Below are positions 1 to 10,524 of a stretch of DNA of 64,000 nucleotides, piece after piece (positions within the stretch are counted from its first letter, which is position 1; every line of letters begins with the position of its first letter). Position numbers and translations under genes: made by a program. This stretch comes from an uncultured cyanobacterium (GTDB lineage: Bacteria; Cyanobacteriota; Cyanobacteriia; Phormidesmidales; Phormidesmidaceae). A model generated the notes under the pieces. It was not told the origin of the DNA. It saw nothing but the letters and a program-made list of their open reading frames with translations, and made no database searches. Location: positions 32,001 to 96,000 of the forward strand of contig CAWBZI010000005.1 of the NCBI GenBank assembly GCA_963793265.1, written 5' to 3'.

Positions 1-1
1 G

Positions 2-1303
2 AAGGTTCGCTACGCAGGCACTAAGCTGCACTTGGTTGGCCTGTGCTCTGACGGCGGAGTTCACGCTCATCTCGATCACTTGATTGGGCTGCTAGAGATG
101 GCGAAAGCCCAAGACCTGACAGAGGTGTGCATTCATGTGATTACTGACGGGCGCGATACAAAGCCGACAGACGCTAAGTTTGCGGTGCAAAGGCTACAGT
201 CGGCAGTCGATGAAATGGGGATTGGCAAGCTGGTGACGATGAGCGGTCGCTACTATGCGATGGATCGTGATAACCGCTGGGATCGTATTGAGAAGGTGTA
301 TCGGGTGATGACCGAAGACTTCTCGGCAAAGGATGCGGGTCGTGAGATATCGGCAATAGACGCGCTCAGGGCGTCTTACCAAGAGGGCATCAACGACGAG
401 TTTATTGAGCCAGTGCGGTTAGCACCTGGGGCCGTAGAAGCAGGCGATGGCGTGGTGTTCTTTAACTTTCGCCCAGACCGTGCTCGGGAGCTAACGCAGG
501 CTTTTGTGAAGCGTGAATTTGAAGGGTTTTCGCGAGATCCAATATTGCCGCTGACGTTTGTCACGATGACGCAATATGACTCGTCTTTGCCAGTGAGCGT
601 TGCATTTACGCCGCAAAGTTTGAACAACATTTTGGGCGAGGTGATTGCCAACCATAAGCTCAAGCAGCTTCGGACGGCTGAGACAGAGAAGTACGCACAC
701 GTCACCTACTTTTTTAACGGTGGACTAGAGGAGCCTTTGCCCGGCGAAGATCGAGTGCTGGTGCCTAGCCCAATGGTGGCGACTTACGACAAAGATCCTG
801 AGATGTCGGCTAAGAAGGTTACGGACGCGGGGATCGCAGCCTGTAATAAGCGTGAGTATTCGCTGATTGTGATGAACTATGCCAATCCAGATATGGTGGG
901 GCATACCGGGCTGGTGGATGCCACGGTGACGGCTTTAGAAGCGGTGGATAAAGAGCTTGGACGGCTGCTGGAGGGGATTATCCGTGTGGGTGGAACGGCG
1001 ATGATTATTGCCGATCATGGCAATGCAGAGCAGATGCAGGATGAGCAGGGCAGACCTTGGACGGCGCATACGACTAATCCAGTGCCTTTTATTTTGGTAG
1101 AAGGTGAGGGGTTGAAGATTCCGGGACATGGCTCGGAGGTGGCGCTGCGAGAGGGCGGATGTTTGGCGGATGTTGCGCCGACTATTTTGGATATTTTGCA
1201 GCTTCCGATTCCAGAGGAGATGACGGGAAAGTCGATGATTTTGCAGCCGACGGCGGAGTACAAGCAGAATCGTACGCCTGTGAAGGTTTCGTTGCAGCGG
1301 TAG
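2..1303 (+). CDS. gpmI: 2,3-bisphosphoglycerate-independent phosphoglycerate mutase (5' end outside window)
   Basis: Motifs SDGGVH, DGRD, GRYYAMDRD, NFRPDR, ETEKYAHVT, NPDMVGHTG, ADHGNAE, HTTNPVP; frame is open to the window edge. Confidence 0.97.
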   Translation, partial: KVRYAGTKLHLVGLCSDGGVHAHLDHLIGLLEMAKAQDLTEVCIHVITDGRDTKPTDAKFAVQRLQSAVDEMGIGKLVTMSGRYYAMDRDNRWDRIEKVYRVMTEDFSAKDAGREISAIDALRASYQEGINDEFIEPVRLAPGAVEAGDGVVFFNFRPDRARELTQAFVKREFEGFSRDPILPLTFVTMTQYDSSLPVSVAFTPQSLNNILGEVIANHKLKQLRTAETEKYAHVTYFFNGGLEEPLPGEDRVLVPSPMVATYDKDPEMSAKKVTDAGIAACNKREYSLIVMNYANPDMVGHTGLVDATVTALEAVDKELGRLLEGIIRVGGTAMIIADHGNAEQMQDEQGRPWTAHTTNPVPFILVEGEGLKIPGHGSEVALREGGCLADVAPTILDILQLPIPEEMTGKSMILQPTAEYKQNRTPVKVSLQR

Positions 1304-1406
1304 TCTGCGGGCGGAACCCACCCCGTCCCTGCGGCATGTGGGCTAGATTAGTTGATAGGATAGACGAAAGTTTTTATAGTCCGAGGCTAGGCTCGGTGAA
1401 GGATAA

Positions 1407-1649
1407 GTGATGGTCGTTACGGTTATTAAGATTATTTGGGCGATCGCAGCAGTCGGCGTCTGTGTTTTAGTTCTATTACACAGCCCAAAGGGCGATGGCT
1501 TAGGCGCTTTGGGCGGTCAGGCACAGCTCTTTACCAGTACCAAAAGCGCTGAAGAAACGCTAAATCGGGCGACCTGGCTGCTGCTAATTGTGTTTATGGC
1601 GCTGACAATCGTTTTGAGCGGCGGCTGGCTAGAGACGGCGGCCGGTTAA
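1407..1649 (+). CDS. secG: preprotein translocase subunit SecG
   Basis: 80 aa, two TM segments, LHSPKGDGLG...LF...AE.TLNR.TW; follows gpmI as is usual in cyanobacteria. Confidence 0.95.
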   Translation: MMVVTVIKIIWAIAAVGVCVLVLLHSPKGDGLGALGGQAQLFTSTKSAEETLNRATWLLLIVFMALTIVLSGGWLETAAG

Positions 1650-1655
1650 AGACGG

Positions 1656-2549
1656 CTAAACGTCTGTCACCTGAATAATTTTGATTGGCTGAGAGCCTTT
1701 GATGGGATTCATCGAAGGCTTTCCTGCTTCAGCAAGGGCCTGATAGGCTTTGTCTACAATGATTTGTTCGCGGTTGGTGGGATGGTTGCGATCGCTCAGT
1801 GCCCCCCCGACGTTTACATCCACGGCCACTACCGACTCATCCGGCAGCTTCAAAGGATTATCAACCAGAGCACTTCTGAGGGTTTCGCCGTACTGGCGGA
1901 GCCCTGTTTTGTCCATACCCGTAAGCACACACATAAACTGCGCGCCGTTTTCGTCCTGGCTATCGCAATACAGCCAGGTGTCGAGCGTAACGCTGCGGCG
2001 GATGACTGAGGAGATCGCGACATCGAGCTGAGCATTCTGCCGTTCAGTGGTGACCACTTCGCCAATCGGCGTTTGCCTGCGGGCATCAACAATTAATAAA
2101 CCAATCGCGTCAAACTGCGGATTGCCCGGCTGTAGCTTCATCTGCTTGATCAAAGCGGCAAGCGTTTGCGGCAGCACGCGGGCATCGAGCATTCCCGTAT
2201 TTGCGTCGGTAAGATTTAGCGCGCGCAGTAGATTTTCATGACTTTGACGCAGCCTTTCGGCATTGCTCACTTCGCTGCTCAGGCGGCGTTCGCGATCGCC
2301 AATTTCACCTTCTAGCTCAGTAGCCGCTCGTTTGGCCTTAGAGGCCCGCCAGCCACGCTTGATGACCGTTGGCGTCAGCACCAGCAGTCCAATCAGCACG
2401 CCAATCGCTAGCGTAGAGAGGAGGACAAGCGCCAGGGAGCCCTCAAGCTGTCCGAAGAGGAAGTTGATCGGAACCGGGGTGCTGTTTAGCAGGGCAAAGG
2501 CGATCGCCAAAAAGGCAATGACAATCGCAGCAATAATCAAAAACGGCAT
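1656..2549 (-). CDS. LapA/DUF1049-like membrane anchor fused to a degenerate GGDEF-like domain
   Basis: N-terminal two TM segments (FALLN..PV.INFLFG...SLALVLL), then a coiled coil, then a TDANTGMLD...VNVGGA...DKAYQAL GGDEF-like scaffold with no GGDEF motif. Confidence 0.6.
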   Translation of the reverse strand: MPFLIIAAIVIAFLAIAFALLNSTPVPINFLFGQLEGSLALVLLSTLAIGVLIGLLVLTPTVIKRGWRASKAKRAATELEGEIGDRERRLSSEVSNAERLRQSHENLLRALNLTDANTGMLDARVLPQTLAALIKQMKLQPGNPQFDAIGLLIVDARRQTPIGEVVTTERQNAQLDVAISSVIRRSVTLDTWLYCDSQDENGAQFMCVLTGMDKTGLRQYGETLRSALVDNPLKLPDESVVAVDVNVGGALSDRNHPTNREQIIVDKAYQALAEAGKPSMNPIKGSQPIKIIQVTDV

Positions 2550-2610
2550 ATTAGCGGTCGTTAGATATACGCAAAGACATCTATAGATTAGCGTCTAAAG
2601 AGATTAGCGC

Positions 2611-5600
2611 CTAAAGCGTCATCATGACCTGCGGTAGCAAAGCAGCGGGCACCTGGTTTAAAGCAGACTGCTGTCCTTCTAGCCCAAGCTTTTCGTAGTG
2701 CAGTCTGAGGTTGGCCACAATCGCGCCAAATCTGCCTGGGTAAGCTGGTGAGTCGGTCGGCAAATTCTCAGTCGCTTTGATATAGCTGTAGAGTGACTTC
2801 TGTAAACTCTCACCCACTTCGACCAAAGAAGGCGCAGTTTCGACCATCTGCGCATGAACATCTCCCAAGCAGTGATAAATCGCGGCGCTATCCATTGGGC
2901 TCAGCGCACCTGATAGCTTGCTGATATTTAGCGCGGCTTCAAAGGCGGTGACGGCGTTTTTTTGATAGCGGCTCTTTTGGGCAAGATCATTGTCGGTATG
3001 CTTAGACAAATCCCAGTAGGCGAGCGCTAGATTGTTGTAGGAAATGGCGCAGGCAGCCGGGTCAACCTCAGAGGTGCGGTAGTTGAGCGCGTCACGGTAG
3101 GCAGCGATCGCGTGCTTGAGCAAAAATTCTGGTCGCTCGTGCTTGGCCAAGCTCCAATAGGTAATGCCCAAGTTGTTTTGAACGGCAGCATAATCCATTG
3201 GCTGCCGGTCGGGCTTGTAGCCCAAAAGCGCCTCGTTATAGGCCGTAATCGCCTGCTGCAAATATGTCTCGGCTGAGTCGTAGTGAGAAAGCTTCCAAAA
3301 CACGGAGCCTAAGCTATTTTGCAGCGTGGCGTATTCTTCTGGCTCTTTGGCCAAAGACATCAGCGGGATCGCCTGGCAATAGGTCTTAGCGGCCTGAGTC
3401 AGGTTCTCTAAAGGATTCTCGCAGGTGGCAAGCATGGTATAGACCGCGCCCGTGTTGCTATAGAGCTGGCCGACAATGCCGCCTTGGGTGTTGCCTGAAA
3501 TTTTGCCTTGAGCATCGGCCACGGGGCCGGGCTGCTGAGAATCGCTTTCGGTGAGGGCCTGCTGATAGAGTTCGATGCTTTTGTGCATGAGGGCAGCGGC
3601 GGCCTGCTGGTCTTTTTGCTGCTGCGCTTTGAGCCAGTAGAGCGTGCCGAGGTCGTTGAGGGCGGTAATGCGGTCGGCGTGGGGTGCTGTCAGACAGTTG
3701 AGGCCGCTTTCGTAGGCAGTGATCGCAGCTTCAATGGTTTCTAGGGTGCGATCGCCTGATTCTATTTGGTTACGAAGCGCTAACCCAGTTGTAAAGTGAT
3801 CGGCAGCTTGCTTCTGGTGCCCCGGCGCTTGCAGGGTTTTGGTCTTTACCTGTACGCCGACTGCGCTTTTAAGATCGCGCTGATCGCCTACTTTAAGCCT
3901 GCCAGACGGCTGATCGGCTGGGACGATCTCAGGCATCTCAGGCTCAGACATTTCTATCTCAGCGGGCGCTAGCGCTAGCTCATCAAGGCGCAGGTGATTG
4001 ACCGGAATTTCTTCGTCTGAAAGTACCGCCATTAGGGTATCTTCAGACACTTCAACCACACGCTGCTCAACGGAAGCTTCCTCGCGATTAGCCCCCTGCG
4101 CAAAATCATGCCAATCCAAAGAGGCAAACGCGGCTTCAGCGCTAGCCGTGTCGTCTATATCATTATCTTCGCCACCGAAATCGCTATCTAATTTGCTGTT
4201 GAAGTCGCTGTCCAGCTCGCTATCTGACTCGCTATCTAACGCCCCATCTAACGCCCCATCTAACTCACTGTCATCCCAGCTATCGCTATACAGTTCATCA
4301 TCTGAAGCCTCTGCCAAATCATCTATGTCAGGGAGCAGTTCATCTAGCGTTGCTAAGCTATCGTCATCGGCGGGTGGTGAGACATTAACGCCCTGGCTAA
4401 CAATAGAGTGTAATCCGCCAAAATCAAGAGAATGATGAGGGCTTGCCGTTGACTTGCTTGTAGCTGCGCTGTCGGCTGTCAGAATGATCGACTCAAGATC
4501 TTCTATACCGTCTGCTGGCGGATTGAGATCGTCTAATTCCAGGCCATCGTCGAACAGATCGAAAGGAATTTCACTGAGGCTATTATTGGCTTCATCAATG
4601 GCTGAATCAGAAGCGGCATCAGGTGTCGGCGTCTCAGGTTCTACCGTGTCTTCAGCATCTAAGAAAGTAGAGACTTCGGGTAGCACAACTGCGCGATCGC
4701 GAGCAACCCCTTCGGCTTCGGAAATATTAGGCGCAGGAAAGCTGTTTTGGGCAGAAACTAGCGAAATATCTACCGGCTCGCTTTCACCGTAAAGACTGGC
4801 GGCTGAGTAAGTAGAGTCGCTGTTTTGAGTGCTGTTTTGTTCGGCGATCGCTAAGTCATTCGTCAGATCGGCCGCTAAATTTGCCAGGTCAATGCGGCGG
4901 TCGTTTGAAGGGCTATCTGAATGGCTGCTATCGGAGCGGCGACTGCTCGGACGGCTGGAGAGATTTGTGGATAGCGATTGGCGATCAGCAGGTTGTTCTA
5001 ACGGCGATCTTTGCTGACGATCTGGGGTGGGGGTGGGATCGCTGACAAATTCGTAAACGCCGTTGCGCCAGTTCCAAAAGGTGGGGGCTGACTGCTGAAT
5101 GGTGCGCAGCCAGGGCCAGGGCACCCAGATTAAGAGGCTGGTGTTGAGCCGGGGGAGGAGTGCTTCAATTTTTTCGAGCGATCGCAGAAAGTAGTTTTGG
5201 GCGATCGCAGGCTGCCGGGTCATTTGCTCAATGCCCAACACCTGAACTTTTGGCAGCGTGCCTTCAGAGAGCATAGTATGGCGCACCCACTGAGCCACCT
5301 GCTGCGGCAAATTGCCTTCTTCAGCGTCAAAAATTAGTCGCTCTAGACCTGGGCTAGTAGTGACTTCAGCCGTCGAGCTGACCGCAGAGCCATTCACAGG
5401 GCCATTCACCGATCCATTTGCAGAAGAGCGAGTGCCTTTAGCCAAATCGCGCTCTAGCTGCGCGGCAAGCTGATCTTGCAGCACCACATTATCGCAAACG
5501 GCAATGAGTAGCTGGCGGCGCAAATCAAGGCTCATAGAAGCCTTCAGCGCTTGATAGGCTTGCTGATTGACACCGAGAAGCTGGCGAGACTGTGGCTGGC

Positions 5601-5625
5601 GAGACTGTGGCTGAATTGCGATCAT
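2611..5625 (-). CDS. tetratricopeptide repeat protein with a long acidic low-complexity linker
   Basis: C-terminal TPRs (YA..QNNLG..YW.L...AI.AY..AL); N-terminal domain ending APTFWNWRNGVYEF. Confidence 0.85.
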   Translation of the reverse strand: MIAIQPQSRQPQSRQLLGVNQQAYQALKASMSLDLRRQLLIAVCDNVVLQDQLAAQLERDLAKGTRSSANGSVNGPVNGSAVSSTAEVTTSPGLERLIFDAEEGNLPQQVAQWVRHTMLSEGTLPKVQVLGIEQMTRQPAIAQNYFLRSLEKIEALLPRLNTSLLIWVPWPWLRTIQQSAPTFWNWRNGVYEFVSDPTPTPDRQQRSPLEQPADRQSLSTNLSSRPSSRRSDSSHSDSPSNDRRIDLANLAADLTNDLAIAEQNSTQNSDSTYSAASLYGESEPVDISLVSAQNSFPAPNISEAEGVARDRAVVLPEVSTFLDAEDTVEPETPTPDAASDSAIDEANNSLSEIPFDLFDDGLELDDLNPPADGIEDLESIILTADSAATSKSTASPHHSLDFGGLHSIVSQGVNVSPPADDDSLATLDELLPDIDDLAEASDDELYSDSWDDSELDGALDGALDSESDSELDSDFNSKLDSDFGGEDNDIDDTASAEAAFASLDWHDFAQGANREEASVEQRVVEVSEDTLMAVLSDEEIPVNHLRLDELALAPAEIEMSEPEMPEIVPADQPSGRLKVGDQRDLKSAVGVQVKTKTLQAPGHQKQAADHFTTGLALRNQIESGDRTLETIEAAITAYESGLNCLTAPHADRITALNDLGTLYWLKAQQQKDQQAAAALMHKSIELYQQALTESDSQQPGPVADAQGKISGNTQGGIVGQLYSNTGAVYTMLATCENPLENLTQAAKTYCQAIPLMSLAKEPEEYATLQNSLGSVFWKLSHYDSAETYLQQAITAYNEALLGYKPDRQPMDYAAVQNNLGITYWSLAKHERPEFLLKHAIAAYRDALNYRTSEVDPAACAISYNNLALAYWDLSKHTDNDLAQKSRYQKNAVTAFEAALNISKLSGALSPMDSAAIYHCLGDVHAQMVETAPSLVEVGESLQKSLYSYIKATENLPTDSPAYPGRFGAIVANLRLHYEKLGLEGQQSALNQVPAALLPQVMMTL

Positions 5626-5820
5626 GTAACAAGCCCAAGCAAAAGCGAAAGAAGTGAGAAAAACCTAAGGGATAGTATGCGCTCCCTACCTGTTAAATCT
5701 TTTCGCACGGCAAGCTGTCGCATCAGGAATAATTTGATACCTCGCTGAAACTGCTATGCTAAAAGCCTGTATGCCCGCGACGTGGGCCTATTAGCTACCT
5801 TGCAATTTAGCAATCTTGCA

Positions 5821-6567
5821 ATGCCCATTCCCGTTGCCGCTTCATCTATTCGCCAGCATCAACATCCCTTGGTTCGTCAGCTCGCAGCGGGCATAGAGTC
5901 GCTGTGGCAGCAGCTAGATCTTTCGCCCTACTACCTGCCCGATGATTTGGGCTACGTAGAAGGCAAGCTGGAAGGCGAAAAGCTGGTGATTGAGAATCGC
6001 TGCTATCAGACGCCGCAGTTTCGCAAGCTGCATTTAGAACTGGCGCGGATTGGCAAAAATCTCGATATTTTGCACTGCGTCATGTTTCCGCGGCCCGAGT
6101 ATGGCCTGCCGATTTTTGGCTGCGACATTGTTAGCGGCAGAGGCCAGGTGAGCGCAGCGATTGTGGATTTGTCTGCGGGGGCGGCTGATGGCAAGCTGCC
6201 AGAAAATTATGCGGCGGCGCTATCGACAGTTGCGCGCGATGAGTATAGTCAGCCCCGCGAGCTGCCTGAGTGGGGCCAGCGCATATTTTCAGACTTTTGC
6301 TGCTTTGTGAAGCCAACGACGCCCGCTGAGGAACAGCAGTTTTTGAATCAGGCTCAGAATTATTTGAGCGTGCATGTGCAGCAGGCGCTAGCAAAGCAGC
6401 CTGAGCCGAGTCGCCTGAATGAGTTTTTGGAGCGTCAGCGCTACTACTGCCGCCAGCAGCAGCAAAATGATAAAACTCGCCGGGTGCTTGAAAAAGCGTT
6501 TGGGCCGCAGTGGGCAGAGCGCTATATGACCACTGTTTTGTTTGATTTGCCCGTTGAGGAAAGCTGA
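5821..6567 (+). CDS. pcyA: phycocyanobilin:ferredoxin oxidoreductase
   Basis: FRKLHLELA, LDILHCVMFP, PIFGCDIV, QQQNDKTRRVLEKAFG; ATG 5821 preferred over GTG 5782. Confidence 0.97.
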   Translation: MPIPVAASSIRQHQHPLVRQLAAGIESLWQQLDLSPYYLPDDLGYVEGKLEGEKLVIENRCYQTPQFRKLHLELARIGKNLDILHCVMFPRPEYGLPIFGCDIVSGRGQVSAAIVDLSAGAADGKLPENYAAALSTVARDEYSQPRELPEWGQRIFSDFCCFVKPTTPAEEQQFLNQAQNYLSVHVQQALAKQPEPSRLNEFLERQRYYCRQQQQNDKTRRVLEKAFGPQWAERYMTTVLFDLPVEES

Positions 6568-6730
6568 GAGAGCAGAGAGAGCAGAGGGAGCAGGACTCGC
6601 TCCTCAACCCATAATGTGGTAGATTTTCCCTTCTATCTTTCTTGAATCCCGTATCGATTTTGGCAGCGCGTTTGGCTATATTTTTAGTAGGCGCGCTGCC
6701 AATAGCTGTTAATAAACAAACTGCTTAAGC

Positions 6731-7399
6731 ATGATTTCTTTTCCCAGCCCGATCAAAGACCGTGATATTCGGGATTTTGGCTCTGATAGTGATGAGAAGA
6801 GAAGCGACGAGAGGAGCAGGCTTGAAGTAACAACTTCCTTGAGCGATGAGAACAGCGGCAAGCTAATTGTATTGGCAGGCCCTAGTGGCGTGGGCAAAGG
6901 CACGCTGCTAAAGCAATTGCTCAAAAAGCACCCTGACGTGCAGGTGTCAGTGTCGGCGACAACGCGTCAGCCTCGGGCAGGTGAGGTAGACGGACTGCAC
7001 TATTATTTTGTAAGTCGCGATCGCTTTCGCAGCATGATTGAAGACGGCGATTTGCTGGAATGGGCTGAGTTTGCAGGCAACTGCTATGGCACACCTAAAG
7101 CGCCGATTGAGGCGGCGATCGCTAACGGTCAGCAGGTGATTTTAGAGATTGAGCTAGTCGGTGCCCGGCAGGTGCGCAAGAGCTTTCCTAACGCAAAGCA
7201 GATTTTTATTTTGCCGCCAAGTGCTGAGACGTTAGAGAAGAGGATTCGCAGTCGGGGGCAGGATAGTGAAGGGGCGATCGCGAAACGCCTGAACCGAGCC
7301 CAAGAAGAGCTAGCGGCGGCTGATGAGTTTGATTTGCAAATAGTGAATGACGATTTTGAACGGGCGTTTGCTGAGCTAGAAGAGACTATGTTTGGATAG
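6731..7399 (+). CDS. gmk: guanylate kinase (true start may be later, e.g. TTG 6839)
   Basis: [10 protein letters not shown]-loop, SATTR.PR.GEVDG..YYF, YGTP, LEIE..GA. Confidence 0.96.
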   Translation: MISFPSPIKDRDIRDFGSDSDEKRSDERSRLEVTTSLSDENSGKLIVLAGPSGVGKGTLLKQLLKKHPDVQVSVSATTRQPRAGEVDGLHYYFVSRDRFRSMIEDGDLLEWAEFAGNCYGTPKAPIEAAIANGQQVILEIELVGARQVRKSFPNAKQIFILPPSAETLEKRIRSRGQDSEGAIAKRLNRAQEELAAADEFDLQIVNDDFERAFAELEETMFG

Positions 7400-7482
7400 A
7401 GTGTTTGGGCAGAGTTCTGCGCACGGTGAATAGTTTGGCTCTATAGTTTAGAGATGCCGCTACGCCTATTGCCCCTTTCAAT

Positions 7483-10255
7483 ATGACGCGCCTACCCCTG
7501 ACGCCCGAACAAGTCCGACTTCAGGAACACTCTGAGCAACAGGCAAACTGGAAAAAATGGGGCCCCTACCTCAGTGAAAGGCAGTGGGGCACCGTTCGCG
7601 AAGACTACAGCCCCGAAGGGAATGCCTGGGACTACTTTCCGCATGAGCACGCCCGGTCTAAAACGTATCGGTGGGGCGAGGATGGCATTTTAGGCATTTG
7701 TGACGATCGGCAGCTCCTTTGCTTTGCGCTTTCGACTGTGGAATGGCAAAGATCCGATACTTAAAGAACGCTTCTTTGGCCTGACTGGGAATGAGGGCAA
7801 CCACGGTGAAGACGTTAAGGAATATTATTTTTATCTCGACAGCACCCCGACGCATTCGTATATGAAGGCGCTGTATAAGTATCCGCAGAGCGAGTATCCG
7901 TATGAGCAGCTATTAGAAGAGAGTCGGCAGCGCGATCGCAAAGCGCCTGAGTTTGAGCTGATGGATACGGGCATTTTTGAGGGCGATCGCTACTTTGACG
8001 TGCAGGTGGAGTATGCCAAAGCCCACGCCGAAGACACGCTGATACTTATTACGGTGACCAATCGCGGGCCAGAGCAGGCCGATTTGCATCTGCTGCCGAC
8101 GCTGTGGTTTCGCAACACCTGGACATGGGACTCACCGAGCCTGAAGCCTAACCTAAAGGCAAGCCTGACGAATGGAGAAGTGTCGGTTGTTGAAAGCCAT
8201 CACCCTGAGCTAGGACAGTCTTGGTTTTATTGCCAAACGCCTAAGGGACACCAAAACAAGCCGAAGGAATCAACAGTATCGACTAACGGTCAGTGGGTTG
8301 AGCTAGGCAATAGCGGCCAGCAAAATGCAGCAGGGCTGATATTTACTGACAATGAAACGAACAAAGAGCTGTTGTTTAACGTTAAAAATGATTCTCCTTA
8401 TGTAAAAGATGCTTTTCATCGCTATGTGATTGAAGGAGAACAGTCTGCGATTAATCCGCAGCAGACGGGCACAAAGTCGGCGGTACACTATCAGCTCACG
8501 CTAGCGCCCGGCGAAACGCAACAGATTAAGCTGCGTCTAGCTGACGATTCGAGCCTTAGCGATCCGCTCGGTGAGCGCTTTGATGAGACTTTTTGCACTC
8601 GCAAAGAAGAAGCCGACAAGTTTTATCATCAGCTCGCGCCTTTTGTTCATGATGAAGACTTGAGCAACGTGCAGCGGCAGGCGTTTGCTGGCATGATGTG
8701 GGGCAAACAATACTATCTGTACGATGTAAGCACTTGGCTGAAAGGCGATCCGAACACGATTAATCCGCCGACTGAGCGCAAGCGAGGCCGCAATAAGCAC
8801 TGGCATCATCTCGACAGTCAAGACATTCTCTCGATGCCTGATACGTGGGAGTATCCGTGGTTTGCCGCCTGGGATACGGCCTTTCACTGTTTGCCGCTGG
8901 CGCTGATAGATGCTGAGTTTGCTAAGCAGCAGCTCGATGTGATGACGCGCGAGTGGTATATGCACCCCAACGGGCAGCTTCCGGCGTATGAATGGGCCTT
9001 TGGGGATGTGAATCCGCCCGTGCACGCCTGGGCGACCTGGCGGGTGTATAAGATTGAGCAGAAAATGACGGGGAAGGGCGATCGCCTATTTTTAGAGAGA
9101 CTGTTTCAAAAGCTGTTGCTGAACTTTACGTGGTGGGTGAATCGGAAAGACACCGAAGGCAACAATGTTTTTGAAGGGGGCTTTTTGGGCCTGGATAATA
9201 TTGGGGTATTCGATCGCTCTAAGCCGTTGCCAACCGGCGGACGATTGGAGCAGGCCGATGGGACAAGCTGGATGGCGATGTACTGTTTGGATATGCTGGC
9301 GATCGCGCTAGAACTTGCCCTAGAAAACCCCGTGTACGAAGACATGGCCACCAAGTTCTTCGAGCACTTTATCTACATTGCAGAAGCGATGAACTCCACC
9401 GGGGAGAATGCCACACAGCTCTGGGATGAAGAAGACGGCTTCTTCTATGACGTGCTGCACCTGCCGGATAAAACGCGCTTTCCGATCAAGATTCGTTCGC
9501 TGGTGGGCCTGATGCCGCTGTATGCAACAACAACTTTAGAGCCCGAGCTGATGGACAGGCTGCCTGGCTTTAAGGAGCGCTTGGAGTGGTTTGAGGCGAA
9601 TCGGCCTAAGCTGGCGCGTAATGTCACCACGATAGATATTAAAGACAGTGACGGCGGCGTTCAAAAGCGACGAATGCTTTCGGTGGTAAAGCCCGATAAG
9701 CTGCGGCGGATTTTGGCGAAGATGCTGAAGCCACATGAGTTTTTAGCGCCGACTGGCATCCGGGCGCTATCGCGTTTTCATATGGACAATCCTTACACCT
9801 TTGATGTAAATGGCAAGGTGTATCGGGTGGACTATGAACCAGCAGAGTCTAGCCTGTGGTTGTTTGGCGGTAATTCTAACTGGCGCGGCCCGGTGTGGTT
9901 TCCCACGAACTATCTGTTGATTGAGGCTTTGCAGCGCTATCATCACTTTTTTGGCGATGACTTTAAAATTGAGTGTCCATATGGCTCAGGGAATGAGATG
10001 AATTTGTGGGGGGTAGCTACAAAGCTAGAGCAGCGAATGATCGGGACTTTTTTACGGGATGAGAATGGCGATCGCCCGGTGTACGGAAACAACAGAACGT
10101 TTCAAGAAGATCCGCACTGGCGAGACTATATTCTCTTTTATGAGTACTTCAACGGAGATACGGGTGAAGGGCTAGGAGCTAGTCATCAGACCGGGTGGAC
10201 AGGGCTAGTAGCCAAGCTGATTCATCAGTGCTGTGAGTATGGCGATGGGGCGTGA
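7483..10255 (+). pseudogene. MGH1-like/GH63 glucosidase, +1 frameshift near 7735 (pseudogene or sequencing error)
   Basis: ORF 7483-7764 ([25 protein letters not shown]) continues in ORF 7700-10255 ([40 protein letters not shown]); removing one base at TCG[A]CTG restores FALSLWNGKDP. Confidence 0.88.
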
Positions 10256-10524
10256 GAATCAACGCCTAGTGGTAGAAGGAAAGATACTGACGGGATGGGT
10301 CATACATACTCTTTTGTACATCACTGCTGCTAGCACCTGAACAAATTGTTCCTTAACCTTTCAGTACGGCGAAAGGGTTAAAACGAACAATCTACTTACT
10401 AAGATGGACGCTAGTGTCTAAAAAGGGGTGCTACGGTTCATTCATTAATAAAAGAATAAATGAAGAGTTTTGAACTTACTCATTTCTCTAGTTTTAACGA
10501 AGACACAATAAAAAGCTCCCTAAC

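Noticed and set aside
6565..6594. 9-bp GAGAGAGCA tandem repeat after pcyA
   Set aside because: Only about three imperfect units with no spacers; a simple slippage repeat, not CRISPR
7720..7745. Programmed ribosomal frameshift in the GH63 gene
   Set aside because: No slippery sequence or stimulatory structure is visible; a single insertion is simpler
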